From NCBI GenBank assembly GCA_965223345.1, contig CBDCWG010000012.1:1312001-1376000 (forward strand): DNA of 64,000 nt. Direction: 5' to 3'. Position 1 is the stretch's first letter. Every line of letters starts with the position of its first letter. The notes beneath the pieces are model-generated. The model saw nothing but the letters and a program-made list of their open reading frames with translations, searched no databases and was not told the origin of the DNA. This document shows, piece after piece, positions 1 to 11,096 of this stretch. This DNA is from Nitrospinales bacterium. Its GTDB lineage: Bacteria; Nitrospinota; Nitrospinia; Nitrospinales; VA-1. A program made the translations under genes and the position numbers.

Positions 1-1028
1 GCGGGACGATCCGGGTGAACCCGCGGCGCAAGCGCAAGCGCGACATCGATGCCATCGCCTGGCCGGCCTGGGATCTGTTCGACATCGAGACCTACAATGC
101 GGTGAACCAGCCGCACGGCGCCTCGCAGGGCAGCTTCATGCCCATGCTGGCGACGCGCGGATGCCCCTTCTCCTGCACGTTCTGCACGAGTCCCAATATG
201 TGGACGACGGAATGGATCCCCAGAGACCACAAACTGGTGGTCGATGAGATGGAGACCTACCACAAACGCTACGGCACGACCGATTTTCAGTTCGAGGACC
301 TCACCGCCATCGTGCGCAAACAGTGGATCAGCGATTTCTGCGACGAGATCGTGGCGCGCGGCATGAAAATCACGTTTCAACTGCCCTCGGGCACGCGCAG
401 CGAGGGCATCGATTACGAGGTGGCGAAAAAACTCAAAGCGGCGGGCTGCCACGAGTTCGCGTTCGCGCCGGAATCGGGCGACCCGCGCGTGCTGAAAGCG
501 ATCAAGAAAAAAGTGCACCTGCCGACGATGTTCGAATCGGCGCAGGCGGCGCTCAAGGCGGGCATCAACGTGGGCTGCTTTTTCATCATCGGCTTTCCGG
601 AAGACGATTTCAAAAGCGTGCTGCGCACGTACGGCGCCATTGTCAAATGCGGGTGGCTGGGGCTGACGAACGTCAACCTGAACGCTTATTCGCCGCAGCC
701 CAACACGGAATCCTTCAACCAGCTGCGTGAAGACGGCGTCATCACCGAACTGTCGGACGCATACCTGATGAGCCTGTTCACGTTCCAGGATTTCGGCGCC
801 AAGAAAACGTCCTACAACAAACATTTCGGCGACTGGCAGCTGTCGTTCCTGGTGACGTTCGGGGTTTTCCTGTTCTACTCGGTGTATTTTGTGCGCAAAC
901 CGAAACGCATCGTGCAGCTGTTCACCGATCTGTTCACCGAATCCTCCAGCAACAAGAGCACCAAAATGGCGAAATCCTTCCTCAAAGACGCGTTCACGGT
1001 GATGAAAAACAAATGGAGCCGCGCCTGA
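1..1028 (+). CDS. B12-binding-type (class B) radical SAM protein, 5' part lies before the window
   Basis: TRGCPFSCTFC (CxxxCxxC), FEDLT, APESG and FIIGFP motifs; frame open from position 3, so the N-terminus is truncated. Confidence 0.85.
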   Translation, partial: GTIRVNPRRKRKRDIDAIAWPAWDLFDIETYNAVNQPHGASQGSFMPMLATRGCPFSCTFCTSPNMWTTEWIPRDHKLVVDEMETYHKRYGTTDFQFEDLTAIVRKQWISDFCDEIVARGMKITFQLPSGTRSEGIDYEVAKKLKAAGCHEFAFAPESGDPRVLKAIKKKVHLPTMFESAQAALKAGINVGCFFIIGFPEDDFKSVLRTYGAIVKCGWLGLTNVNLNAYSPQPNTESFNQLREDGVITELSDAYLMSLFTFQDFGAKKTSYNKHFGDWQLSFLVTFGVFLFYSVYFVRKPKRIVQLFTDLFTESSSNKSTKMAKSFLKDAFTVMKNKWSRA

Positions 1029-1037
1029 AGTCCGGCC

Positions 1038-1355
1038 TCACCCACTCCAGTTGCCGAGGTACAGCGCGGCCAGCAGCATCACCATGCCGAGCCAGAGGTT
1101 GCGTGCGAGCCCCTGCACGTATTTGAAGTGCTCGAACTCCTCTTTGGATTCCCGTTTTCGGTCAAACAACATATAGTCGATGATGAACGCCACCGGCGGC
1201 AGCACGGTCCACGCGCCCAGGATGGTCTGGGGCGGACAGTCGGTGACGTGGGAGCGGATGGTGTACAAGATGCCCAGAACCATCAGGGTGGGCAAAAACG
1301 CTTTGCTGATTTTGATGCGGGTTCCCTGTTTCATTGTTGCGGTTTGCGTGCTCAT
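1038..1355 (-). CDS. small membrane protein (105 aa, about 3 TM segments)
   Basis: ATG at 1355 preceded by GGGAGAG RBS; hydrophobic segments; this is the 3' portion of the ORF-track 1038..2027 frame. Confidence 0.7.
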   Translation of the reverse strand: MSTQTATMKQGTRIKISKAFLPTLMVLGILYTIRSHVTDCPPQTILGAWTVLPPVAFIIDYMLFDRKRESKEEFEHFKYVQGLARNLWLGMVMLLAALYLGNWSG

Positions 1356-1477
1356 TTCGATGCTCTCCCGGAAATCATGGAATGGAAGGGGTTGCCGGAT
1401 TTGCAGGGCCCGCGCGATTTGCCGTGGATGCGCGGGCCTCTTGAACCATCGTAGCGCGTCGTTCTGGCGAATTCCAG

Positions 1478-1493
1478 TGGCTTTGTTTTTGCA
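1478..1493 (+). promoter_or_regulatory. possible sigma-54 -24/-12 promoter
   Basis: TGGC-TTTGTTTTT-GCA with correct GG-N10-GC spacing, ~100 nt upstream of the 1591 CDS; consensus AC positions mismatch. Confidence 0.3.
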
Positions 1494-1590
1494 TTGGGAA
1501 TTGCCGTACCCAGCCCTTATAATTGCCACGTCGCGGCCCGGTTTGAGATGCGGGCACGGCGTGAATGACGGATGGAGATACGGAGACGGG

Positions 1591-3147
1591 ATGGATGCGA
1601 CGCCGATGAGCAGCGCCGACAGAAGACGCCGGGAGCTTGCAGAATCCCTGAAAAAACAGGAGGTTCTGCGGGCCGCGTATTGGCGGGACAAGGACCGTTT
1701 CCTGCCGCAACGGCTGGAATGGCGGGCGCGCATGGTGCGCCATCTGTTCCATCTGCTGCCAGGTGAGAGCATCCTGGAAGTGGGCAGCGGCGGCAGCGAA
1801 TGGGCGCAGGAGATCGCCCGCTGCAACGGCGGCCACAACCCCATCTGCGCGGCGACCTTTGGCGGCGTCAACGGAGCCGGGCGGCCGCCGGAAACAGCGG
1901 TTGGCCACATCGAGAGCGTGACGCTGGATGCGTTTCCCGGAGACCTCGCGGACCGCCGGTTCGATTTCATCGTCGGCTGGAATCTTTTGACGGAAGAAAA
2001 CTGCGCGTCGTTTCTGCAGGAAGCCAAGCGGCTGTTGCATCCCGGCGGACAGATCCTGCTGTTCGACTGGAATCCCTGGAACCCGTTTTACATCCTGCGC
2101 CGCACCTTCGCGCGGCTGTTTTCCTTTCTGGGGACGGGCCGATCGGCGGGCCGGCCGATCAACCGCATCGACCTGTTCACCATCCTTTCGGAGGTGGGGT
2201 ACGTGGGGATCAAGATCCTGCCCTACGATTTCGTGTTTCCATCGACCCCGCGGTTTCTGCTCTGGCCGATGCAGAACCTCAGCCTCATTTTCGAGAATTT
2301 TCCCTATTTCCGCAATTTCGCCGGTTCGCTGTATCTGAACGCACAGAAACCGCCGCTCGAAGGCTGGGTGCGCCCCGGAACCGACCTGACCGCGCACGAG
2401 AGCTTCAAAAACCGGGTTTCGGTGGTGGTGCCCTGCCACAACGAAGAAGACAACGTGTCCGCGCTGGTGGACAACCTGAGGGCCTGTTACGGCAACTACC
2501 TGCACGAAGTGATCCTGGTGGACGACAACAGCACGGACGACACCGCCGCGGTGGTCGAACGGCTGGGGAGGGAGGATCCGCGCATCCGCCTGGTGCGGCG
2601 CGGCCTGCCCAACGGGGTCGGGCGGGCGCTCAGGGACGGTTTCGCGGCGGTGCGCGGCGACTACGTGCTGATGATGGACTGCGATTTTCAGCACATCCTG
2701 CCCGAGCTCACCGGTCTGTTCGACGCGGTGGCGGAAGGGGCGGACGTGGCCATCGGCAGCCGGTTTTCGCGCAAGAGCGTGCTGCTCAATTACGCTTTCA
2801 CCAAGATCCTTGCCAACCGCGGCTTTCACATCCTGGCGAACCTCGCACTGGGGCGGCATTTCCGCGACGCGACCAACAACCTCAAGCTGATGCGAAAGGA
2901 CGTGCTGGATGCGATCCACATCGAAACCGACGATTTCGCGGCGAACGCTGAAACGGGGCTGCAGCCCATCCTTTTGGGCTACGATGTGCGCGAGGTGCCG
3001 ATTTCCTGGATCAACCGTTCGGTGGACATGGGATTCTCCAGCTTCAGCCTGCTCAAGACCGGTCCCAATTACCTGCGCGTGCTGTTCCGGCTGATCTGGC
3101 GCAAATGGCTCGGAAAGGAAATCGTCCCGCAAACGGCGGGGAAGTGA
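1591..3147 (+). CDS. class I SAM methyltransferase fused to DPM-synthase-like GT2 glycosyltransferase
   Basis: ILEVGSGGS SAM motif and LLHPGG; then VSVVVPCHNE, VDDNSTD, MDCDFQH and GSRF GT2 motifs; GGAG RBS before ATG 1591. Confidence 0.85.
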   Translation: MDATPMSSADRRRRELAESLKKQEVLRAAYWRDKDRFLPQRLEWRARMVRHLFHLLPGESILEVGSGGSEWAQEIARCNGGHNPICAATFGGVNGAGRPPETAVGHIESVTLDAFPGDLADRRFDFIVGWNLLTEENCASFLQEAKRLLHPGGQILLFDWNPWNPFYILRRTFARLFSFLGTGRSAGRPINRIDLFTILSEVGYVGIKILPYDFVFPSTPRFLLWPMQNLSLIFENFPYFRNFAGSLYLNAQKPPLEGWVRPGTDLTAHESFKNRVSVVVPCHNEEDNVSALVDNLRACYGNYLHEVILVDDNSTDDTAAVVERLGREDPRIRLVRRGLPNGVGRALRDGFAAVRGDYVLMMDCDFQHILPELTGLFDAVAEGADVAIGSRFSRKSVLLNYAFTKILANRGFHILANLALGRHFRDATNNLKLMRKDVLDAIHIETDDFAANAETGLQPILLGYDVREVPISWINRSVDMGFSSFSLLKTGPNYLRVLFRLIWRKWLGKEIVPQTAGK

Positions 3148-3177
3148 GCCGGGTGTTCTCGCTGACTTGCTGCGGTT

Positions 3178-4434
3178 TCAAGGCTCGGATGCGCCGCCGG
3201 ATTTTCGGTGCGTCAGCGTGCTGTTGATTTTCATGCGGCGTCCGTCGCGCAGCACGGTGAGCTGGATTTTTCTCCCCGGCGAGAGACCGAGCAGCTTGCG
3301 GCGAAACACCACGAAATCGGTGATCGGCTGATCGTCGAGCTTCACCAGGATGTCGCCGGCCTTGAGGCCGGATCGCTCCGCCGGGCTGCCCGGCTCGACT
3401 TCCTGGATTCTGAGCACCGCGCGGCCTGCGGCGTTTTGCTCCGCCGCTTCTTCCGGTGTCAGCGCCGTCGCCTTGATCCCCAGCCAGCCGCGGTCGGTTT
3501 GTCCCAGCACCAGCATCGGCATCACTTCCTTCACCGTGTTCACCGGAACCGCGAAACCGATCAACTGCGCTTCGGAGACGATGGCGGTGTTGATCCCCAC
3601 CACCTCGCCGTGAAAGTTGACCAGCGGGCCGCCGCTGCTGCCGGGATTGATGGCGGAGTCGGTTTGGATGAAGTTGGCGTACTTGTCGTTGCTGCCCGGC
3701 GACACCCGCTCCTTGGCGCTGATGAGCCCGGAGGTCACGGTGTGCGTCAGTCCCAGCGGGTTGCCGATGGCGAGCACGGTCTCTCCCATTTTGAGGCGGT
3801 CGGAATCGCCCAGCGGCAGCACAGTGAGGGGATGGTCGGGTTCGATCTTGATGAGCGCCGTGTCGGTGAGCCGGTCGATGCCGATGATGGTGGCGTGGTA
3901 TTCCTTGCGGCTGTGCGCCAGCCCGATGCGGATGTCGAGCGCGTTGAAGATCACGTGCGCGTTGGTGAGGATGTAGCCCTCCTCGTTGATGATGAATCCC
4001 GAACCGAGGCTCAGGCCCTCGGTGTTGAAGGGAATCGGCACCTGAAAGGGGACGATCTCAAACAGGGTGGATATGAAGGGGATCTTGATCGGCAAGAGGT
4101 CGTTGGGCGCGATGCCGAATTTGACGTCCCGTTCCTCCAGGCGCAGCGTGTAAATGTTGACCACGCCGTCCTGCACTTGCCCGGTCAGTTCGGCGAACGA
4201 TTCGTTGTGCAGGGGCACCGGTTTGCGGGTTGCCGCATCCTTTTTTTCCTTCCAGAAATTGGTGAGGCTGAGCTGTTCGAAGGTGAATTCCTGAAACCGC
4301 TTGTCGAAGATCGGCGCTTCCTTTTCGACCAGCGACCCGGCGTTTTCATTCGGCTTCTTCGATACCGAACAGGCCGTGAGCAGGATCAGAAAGAGGAATG
4401 AGGCGGCGCGGAGGATTGTGATCGGTGCGTGCAA
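3178..4434 (-). CDS. HtrA/DegP-family serine protease with one PDZ domain, probable lipoprotein
   Basis: GSGFII, TNAHV, DTALIK, QTDSAINPGSSGGPL catalytic triad; C-terminal PDZ (GSPAERSGLKAGD); LTAC lipobox. Confidence 0.92.
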   Translation of the reverse strand: MHAPITILRAASFLFLILLTACSVSKKPNENAGSLVEKEAPIFDKRFQEFTFEQLSLTNFWKEKKDAATRKPVPLHNESFAELTGQVQDGVVNIYTLRLEERDVKFGIAPNDLLPIKIPFISTLFEIVPFQVPIPFNTEGLSLGSGFIINEEGYILTNAHVIFNALDIRIGLAHSRKEYHATIIGIDRLTDTALIKIEPDHPLTVLPLGDSDRLKMGETVLAIGNPLGLTHTVTSGLISAKERVSPGSNDKYANFIQTDSAINPGSSGGPLVNFHGEVVGINTAIVSEAQLIGFAVPVNTVKEVMPMLVLGQTDRGWLGIKATALTPEEAAEQNAAGRAVLRIQEVEPGSPAERSGLKAGDILVKLDDQPITDFVVFRRKLLGLSPGRKIQLTVLRDGRRMKINSTLTHRKSGGASEP

Positions 4435-4509
4435 GGGGAAGGGCCGTTTCCTCGGGCGTCAGCGCCCAATGCCGGGGACCGGCGCGGTGACCGGGGTTCC
4501 CCGAGGGGT

Positions 4510-5307
4510 TCAGTAGGGAATCTTGTTCAAGCCGCCATCGATGGTGACGTTGGTGGCGGTGATCCAGCTTGCGTGATCGGAGGCGAGAAACAGCACCATT
4601 CCGGTGACGTCTTCCGGCATCCCCATGCGCTCAAGCGGCAGCGACTGCGCGGTCTGGGTGCGGATTTCCCCGGCGACGACGTCCGTCGGTTTTCCGGACT
4701 GACCGGCCAGCGCTTCCGCTTCTTTCTCCCAGGAACGCGTCCACACCGGACCCGGAGACACCGCGTTGACGCAGATTTTATCGGCCGCCAACGACTGCGC
4801 CAGGCAAACGGTCAGATTGGACAGGGCGGCCTTCATGGCGCTGTAGTGGGGAAACATCTCTCCCGGGCGTGCGGCGGCGGTGGAGCTGATGTTGATGATC
4901 CGCGCCGCGGACGATCTCTTGAGCGCCGGCACGCACAAGCGGGTGAGCCGCACCACCTGCATCAGGTTGACGTCGAACGAATCCTGCCAGTCCGCGTCCG
5001 TGGCCTCGGAAAACGCCGCCAGTTTGATGATCGAGCCCGCGTTGTTGACCAGAACGTCCAGCCCGCCCAGCGCCTCCTGTACCTTATCGTGCAGGGACTG
5101 GATTTCCTCAAGCCGGGTGAGATCGGCGGGATGAAAAAAATGCCCGCTGCCCGCGATTTCGCCGGACAGCGATTGCAGGCGGTCTTCGCTGCGCGCACAG
5201 CCCGCGACGCGCGCGCCGGCGGCGGCGAATTTGAGGGCGAGGGCGCGGCCGATGCCGTCGCCCACACCGGTGATCAACACCCTGCGGCCTTTCAGGTTCA
5301 AATCCAT
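4510..5307 (-). CDS. SDR family oxidoreductase
   Basis: TGVGDGIG, LVNNAG, YSAMK (YxxxK), IDGG motifs. Confidence 0.92.
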   Translation of the reverse strand: MDLNLKGRRVLITGVGDGIGRALALKFAAAGARVAGCARSEDRLQSLSGEIAGSGHFFHPADLTRLEEIQSLHDKVQEALGGLDVLVNNAGSIIKLAAFSEATDADWQDSFDVNLMQVVRLTRLCVPALKRSSAARIINISSTAAARPGEMFPHYSAMKAALSNLTVCLAQSLAADKICVNAVSPGPVWTRSWEKEAEALAGQSGKPTDVVAGEIRTQTAQSLPLERMGMPEDVTGMVLFLASDHASWITATNVTIDGGLNKIPY

Positions 5308-5359
5308 GTTACAATTTCACCTTTCATTAAACAAACGCGACCCTCACCCCGCTCAATTC

Positions 5360-5716
5360 ATGGACCCGGACCTGATCGAAAAAGTCACCCAATCCCCATC
5401 CCTCGGCTGGGTGTTCGCCGCCATGGGCGTTCTCATTCCCAATGCGTTTCTGGGAACCTACATGGCTTTTTTCAAGCGCCCGCCGCTGCTCATCAAAACC
5501 CATGCGTTGCTGTATGGAGTCATCGTGATCGCGCTGATCACGTTTCTGGTGCGCAACCACATTCACTATGGAAACACGGTGTGGGAGTACCTAGTTTTTG
5601 CGTACTTTATCACACTCGTTCCCTTTAGCAAGCGCTGGGACGTGCTGCTGCACGCCCTCGTCTGCATCGTGGGACTGCTGTTGCTGCCGGTGCTGGTGCT
5701 GCTCAAGATGTTCTGA
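5360..5716 (+). CDS. hypothetical 4-TM membrane protein
   Basis: 118 aa ORF from ATG 5360, four hydrophobic segments, genome-typical codon usage, fills the gap between flanking genes. Confidence 0.7.
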   Translation: MDPDLIEKVTQSPSLGWVFAAMGVLIPNAFLGTYMAFFKRPPLLIKTHALLYGVIVIALITFLVRNHIHYGNTVWEYLVFAYFITLVPFSKRWDVLLHALVCIVGLLLLPVLVLLKMF

Positions 5717-5723
5717 CGCCGCC

Positions 5724-6254
5724 TCACTGCACGCGCTGGTAGTGGATCTGGACCACGTGGTTTTCTTTTCCCTTTTCGAACCCCGTCCAGCGCTGTGTGA
5801 CGGTGTCCTTGTCGTTGAAGACGATCGTCGCGCCGTGCATGTGTTGATCGTGTGACACATTGATGGGCGCGTCTTCGGCGAGGTCCAGCGTGATGCTGTT
5901 CGCGTCCATGCTCTTAAGCACCATCTTCGGCTGATTGCCGATCATGCAGTAGTGGGTCATCGAGAGCTTTTTGGCGGCGTTGTCGTGATAGACCGAGACC
6001 ATCTCGTGCGGCGAGCCGACGGAAAACGTTTCCACGATGGCGCTGCCGCCGGAGGTGAGCCTGTATTCGGTTTTCATCTTCTGCGGGCCTTTGCCCATGT
6101 CCATCGTGCCTTCCCAGGTGCCCACCAGTTGTTTCATGCGTTCGAAGGCTTCAGAGCCCACATAGGGCTTGGGCATTTCTTCGGCGTGGACGGGCAGCAG
6201 TCCACATACAAACAAGAAAACCAGAGCGATCAAAACTCTCTTTGTGTTGTTCAT
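5724..6254 (-). CDS. secreted beta-rich hypothetical protein
   Basis: Signal peptide ending VHA; LVGTWEG start suggests a lipocalin-like barrel; MTHYCMIGNQP; AGGA RBS. Confidence 0.75.
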   Translation of the reverse strand: MNNTKRVLIALVFLFVCGLLPVHAEEMPKPYVGSEAFERMKQLVGTWEGTMDMGKGPQKMKTEYRLTSGGSAIVETFSVGSPHEMVSVYHDNAAKKLSMTHYCMIGNQPKMVLKSMDANSITLDLAEDAPINVSHDQHMHGATIVFNDKDTVTQRWTGFEKGKENHVVQIHYQRVQ

Positions 6255-6444
6255 CGTTGGGTTCCTGCGAAATAGAAGCCGTGCCGCACGAGAATGTGAG
6301 CGTGCGGCGGCACAGCGGACGGTTTTGGGGATGCGACCCCATTATAGTAACGCAATGGGAGGAATTTGAGGGTTGTGAATTTAAATCCGTGGGGAAAACA
6401 ACGTGCGGGTCGAGGCGTGCGTGTGCGGTAAAGCCGGTTTGCAG

Positions 6445-6750
6445 TCAGTCCTTGAGTGCGGCTTTGACGGTGATGTCGCCGTACACTTTCGCCCGGCAAC
6501 CCAGCTTCTGGTTGGGGCCGACCTTGTGCAGTCTTTCGATGAAGGTGTGGGGATCGACGTTCTCGAAGGGTTCGACTTCGATCAGACAGGTGCCGCAGGC
6601 GCCCATGCCCCGGCAATTCAGATATTTATGCATGCCCTTGTAGATTTCGATGTCTTTGTAGGCGGCGGCCTGGCGGAGGTTCGCGCCGTAGCCCGCTTTG
6701 AAGGTGTTGGTTTCGCCTGTGTCTGCGTTGATGACGGTGATTTTGGGCAT
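6445..6750 (-). CDS. 2Fe-2S ferredoxin
   Basis: CRGMGACGTC plus distal LGC, the plant/adrenodoxin-type ligand set. Confidence 0.9.
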   Translation of the reverse strand: MPKITVINADTGETNTFKAGYGANLRQAAAYKDIEIYKGMHKYLNCRGMGACGTCLIEVEPFENVDPHTFIERLHKVGPNQKLGCRAKVYGDITVKAALKD

Positions 6751-6837
6751 GGGACTGTCTTTACAATGAGAACCGGGTTTGCGATTTAAGGAAAAATAAG
6801 GGGTTCATTTTCCACGCTGCGGGTGAAAAGTCAATCC

Positions 6838-8673
6838 TTAAATGGAGTAATTGTGGCCGGTCAGGATTTTCCGGCTCTTGAGATAGTCGTAGATTTTTTT
6901 CGCGGCGTCGCCCTGGTTTTTCACCTCCGCCGGCGTCAGCACCAGATCGGCGTTGCCGCCGGGTTCCGAAGCGTCGGACACCTCGATTTCGACCACCGGA
7001 TACGGCTCGGCCAGCAGCCGGATGTCCGCGTCCTCGTTCTGGTTGTAGGCGTTGGAGGTGGAGATGACCACGTGCCCCGCGTCGAGAAACAGTTTCGTCA
7101 CTTCGCCGAACCGGCGGATGGTTTCCTCGGTGGGCGGGCTCTCCGGGCCGCTGATCAGATCGGCGGAGACGCCGAGGCGCACGTTGCGCCGGTCGAGCAG
7201 GTAGCTCTGGAAATTCAGCTTGAACAGTTTTTCCTCCAGGTGGCGGGCGAGGTCGGCTTTGCCGACGCCGCTTTCCCCGGAGATGAGGATGAGCGCGGCG
7301 CGGTGGCCGTTGCGGTAGGCGCGTTCCTCGGATTTGATGTTGCTCTTAACCCAGTTGAAGTCGCGCAGGCGGACTTCGTCGCGCAGCTTGTCTTCCTTGT
7401 TCGAAGGCGTGTAGGTGATGATGATGCCGCCGCCGCAGACGTCGTAGTCGTCCACGATCACGAAGCGGCCGGTGGTGGCGCTGGTGCCGAACAGGTCGAA
7501 CACGACCGGGGTGCGTGTTTTGAGCGTCAACTCAGCCACGTCGTTTTTGGCGATGAAATCCTGATTGGGCAGCGTCTCCAGCGTCGAGGCGTCGATCACT
7601 TTCTTGAACTCCACCACCTCGCACTCCACCTCCTGGGTGGTCAGCTTGATGGTGTAGGTGCGCCCCTTTTCCAGATGGCGTTTGCCCATCCAGAACAGGT
7701 TGGCGTCGAAGGTGGTCGAGACGATGGGCGGCTGGTCCACGCGGGTGGCGATGTCGCCGCGCTCGACGAAGATCTGCTCATCCAGGGTGAAGCCGATCGA
7801 TTGCGACGAGCTGGCCTCTTTGGGCTGCTCGGGCACGCTCCAGGCCTCGATGCTGCGCACCACGCCCTTCTTGTTCGAGGGCGAGAACACCAGATGGTCG
7901 CCGACTTTCAGTTTGCCCGATTCGACGCGTCCGGCGATGATGCGCCGCTCGTCGAATTTGTAGACGTCCTGCACCGGAAAGCGGAAGGGCAGGTGGCTGG
8001 GCGGCAGGTGCTCCTCGAACTGATCCAGCATTTCCAGCACGGTCGGGCCCTTATACCAGGGCATCTCGTCCGCCCGTTTGGCGATGTTAACGCCCTGCTT
8101 GGCGGAGACCGGGATGAACTGCTTGGCTTCGATGTCGAAGGATTTCAAAAAATCGGTGTATTCGGATTTGATCCTGAAAAAGGTCTCCGGATCGTAGTTC
8201 ACCAGATCCATCTTGTTGACCACCACCGCGACCTGGGTGAGGCCCAGCAGCTTCAGGATGTAGCCGTGGCGGCGCGACTGCTCCTGCACGCCCTCGTAGG
8301 CGTCGATCAGCAGCAGGGCCGAGTCGGCGTTGGCGGCGCCGGTCACCATGTTCTTTAAAAATTCCTTGTGGCCCGGCGCGTCGATGATGACGTAAGGCCG
8401 CTTGGCGGTGCGGAAAAAGATCTGGCTGGTGTCGATGGTGATGCCCTGATCCTGTTCCTCTTCCAGCGCGTCGAGCAAAAACGCGAACTCGAAGGATTTG
8501 CCCTGGCGCTCGCAGATGTCCTTGATGAAGTCGAGCTTGCCGTCGGGCAGGCTGCCGGTGTCGGAAAGCAGCCGGCCCACGAGGGTCGATTTGCCGTGGT
8601 CCACGTGCCCGACGATGACCAGCCGCATCTGCCGCGCCGAAAGGGTGGGTTGGGTGCCGTTGCCGCTCATCAC
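6838..8673 (-). CDS. cysN: sulfate adenylyltransferase GTPase subunit with C-terminal degenerate APS-kinase domain
   Basis: [19 protein letters not shown] and NKMD G-motifs; C-terminal CysC-like region; overlaps the cysD stop. Confidence 0.92.
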   Translation of the reverse strand: MMSGNGTQPTLSARQMRLVIVGHVDHGKSTLVGRLLSDTGSLPDGKLDFIKDICERQGKSFEFAFLLDALEEEQDQGITIDTSQIFFRTAKRPYVIIDAPGHKEFLKNMVTGAANADSALLLIDAYEGVQEQSRRHGYILKLLGLTQVAVVVNKMDLVNYDPETFFRIKSEYTDFLKSFDIEAKQFIPVSAKQGVNIAKRADEMPWYKGPTVLEMLDQFEEHLPPSHLPFRFPVQDVYKFDERRIIAGRVESGKLKVGDHLVFSPSNKKGVVRSIEAWSVPEQPKEASSSQSIGFTLDEQIFVERGDIATRVDQPPIVSTTFDANLFWMGKRHLEKGRTYTIKLTTQEVECEVVEFKKVIDASTLETLPNQDFIAKNDVAELTLKTRTPVVFDLFGTSATTGRFVIVDDYDVCGGGIIITYTPSNKEDKLRDEVRLRDFNWVKSNIKSEERAYRNGHRAALILISGESGVGKADLARHLEEKLFKLNFQSYLLDRRNVRLGVSADLISGPESPPTEETIRRFGEVTKLFLDAGHVVISTSNAYNQNEDADIRLLAEPYPVVEIEVSDASEPGGNADLVLTPAEVKNQGDAAKKIYDYLKSRKILTGHNYSI

Positions 8674-9479
8674 ATGTATCCCCGGGCGCGCAGTTTCTGC
8701 ATGGCGTAGGTGTCTTCCTGGTCCTGGGCGCGTCCGGACCGCTCGGAGGTCGTGGTCTTGTGCTTGAGTTCCTCGACGATCTCATCGACGTTCTTGGCGG
8801 TGGACTCGATCGAACCGGTGCAGGGCGCGCAGCCCAGTGAGCGGTAGCGCCGCCCTTCCGCGTTGGCAAAGTACAGGTCGATGATCGGGATTTTTTCACG
8901 CTGGATGTATTCCCAGACGTTGAGTTCGGTCCAGTGCAGAATCGGATGGATGCGGATGTGCGTGCCTTCCTTGAACGTGGTCTTAAACTGGTCCCACAGT
9001 TCGGGCGGCTGATCCTTGAAGTTCCATTCGAAATTCTTGTCGCGCGGCGAAAAATACCGTTCCTTGGCGCGCGTGCCTTCCTCGTCGCGGCGGATTCCCA
9101 GGATGAGGCCGGTGTAGTTTTTCTCGTCCATGACGGATTGCAGTCCCTGCGTCTTGAGGGCTTCGCAGCACACCATGCGGCCCATCTCGTGGTTCATGCC
9201 TTCGGCGAGCGCTTTTTTGTTCTGCCCCACCACCAGATTGAGCCCCCATTCCTTGGCCACGCGGTCGCGGTATTCGATCATCGCGGGGATCTTGTAGGAG
9301 GTGTCGATGTGCACCAGCGGGATGGGACAGTGCCCGAAGAACGCCTTGCGCGCCAGCCACACCAGCACGGTGGAATCCTTGCCGATGGACCAGAGCATGG
9401 CCAGGTTCTTGAAGTTCTTGTAGGCTTCGCGCAGGATGAAGATGCTTTGGTTTTCCAGTTCGTCAAGATGGTCGGTCAT
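8670..9479 (-). CDS. cysD: sulfate adenylyltransferase subunit 2
   Basis: [27 protein letters not shown] and YRSLGC motifs. Confidence 0.95.
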   Translation of the reverse strand: MTDHLDELENQSIFILREAYKNFKNLAMLWSIGKDSTVLVWLARKAFFGHCPIPLVHIDTSYKIPAMIEYRDRVAKEWGLNLVVGQNKKALAEGMNHEMGRMVCCEALKTQGLQSVMDEKNYTGLILGIRRDEEGTRAKERYFSPRDKNFEWNFKDQPPELWDQFKTTFKEGTHIRIHPILHWTELNVWEYIQREKIPIIDLYFANAEGRRYRSLGCAPCTGSIESTAKNVDEIVEELKHKTTTSERSGRAQDQEDTYAMQKLRARGYM

Positions 9480-9570
9480 CGTCGATACCGTTGAATTGTT
9501 TTCCAGAACGGCTCCACTGTAGCCTGTTGCGGCCGTGCGGGCAACCCTTTGATTGCGTCCGCCGCCGGCG

Positions 9571-11096
9571 TCAGGAATAGTCCCGCTGCAGCAGTTCCGG
9601 GAACCGGCAGTGCTGGCAGCTGTTCTGGTTCTGGGTGCAGAAATCCTGATAGATCTGCATGAGGCCCTGCATCTGCTTGTCGCTTTTGAGGGCTTTGATT
9701 TTGTCTTTGTCGTTTCCGAACACGTAGTGTTTCATGAAGCGCAGCAGCCGGTTGTCGCCTGTGGCTTTGCGGGACTGAAACAGCAGGTTGAATCCGGTTT
9801 CCAGCTCCAGGGATTTGGCGGCGCGTGCGTAGATCAACCCGATGGGCAGCGCCATGTTCACCGTGATTTCTGCGGAGCGGGCCGGACCGATCAACTGCTG
9901 TCCCTTCGCCAGTTTTTTGCCGCCGGGGGCGAGGTGGTCCGCCCAGTAGTCGTCCGCTTCAACGCAGAAAAAATCAGTGAGTTTCCCCGGAATCGAACCA
10001 TTATAACCTCTCGCCGCGAAAATGGAAAACGCCGATTTGAATTCGCGCAGCATCGCGGCGAACAGTCCCTCTTGCCGGTGACGCTCGATCAGGTGGGCGA
10101 GCCCGGCGATGCGCCGATAGGGCGAATTCGCGGGGCGGATACCGCCGAATTTCCACATGCCGAATTCCAGCGGCGACGCGGGCAGCCGCGCCCTGTGCGA
10201 CGCCCACAGGCGCTTGAGCGTGGAAAAATAGTTGCGGTCCGTTTCCGGCAACGATTCGGTGTCGAGGGATCGGAATTCGATCATCCCCGCCATCCCGAAC
10301 AACACCGCCTGCACAGGCAGCACCCGGCCGGACGTATCGTCCAGCGGCAAGGCGTGCAGCGCATCGAGCGGCGCCGACTCGGCCAGCCTGCGGAAGGGTT
10401 CCTTGTTGTTGGGGTAGCCCAGCGCTTCGGCGACGGCCTCGTAAAAGGTCTGCTCGTAGCCGTGCATGAGGATGCGGTCGTGGAAGCGGTCCATCTTGGT
10501 CTGGATGCGGGCGTCGCCGGCGGCGTCGAGAAGCTGCGCGACGCGTTCCGGGGTCAATCGGGAAAACGGCTCGTGACAGCGGCCGTACTGGGATTGATGA
10601 TCGGGCGGATAGTTTTCGAAATCCAGCTCGTCCTTGAGTTCGAGGATGCCCCTGGTCAGGTGACCCTTGAGTTCCAGCTCGAAGCGCGGCGAGGCCGCCC
10701 CGTCGTCCAGCAGTTGCCGGTTCGGGCTCTGCCACAAAAACACATGCAGGATCACCCGGTCGTAGTCCGGATCGTGCGCGTGCTGCAGCGCGTCCCAGTC
10801 TCCCGAATAGATGTGGATCTCCACGTCCCCTTCGTGGATGGCGTTTTCAACTTTTATTGCGGCGGATTTGAAATCCGGGCCCGGCCCGAAATTCCAGTAG
10901 CCGGGAAACAGGATTTCCAGCTTCTCTCCATTGGAAGTTTGCAGGGTCTTCGCGTTGAACAGCTGTTCGTTCCACACGCAGCGCACGGTTTTTTCCGGCA
11001 CGCGGATCTCGGGAAGACCGGCAACGGCGGTCACCCGGTTGAGGTCCTGCGTGAAAGCCCGGTAAGGATTGCCGGGGGCGGACTGCGGTGCGGGAA

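Noticed and set aside
1180..1590. N-terminal extensions of ORFs 1180..3147 (+) and 1038..2027 (-)
   Set aside because: They overlap each other; RBS-supported starts at 1591 and 1355 leave a normal divergent intergenic region
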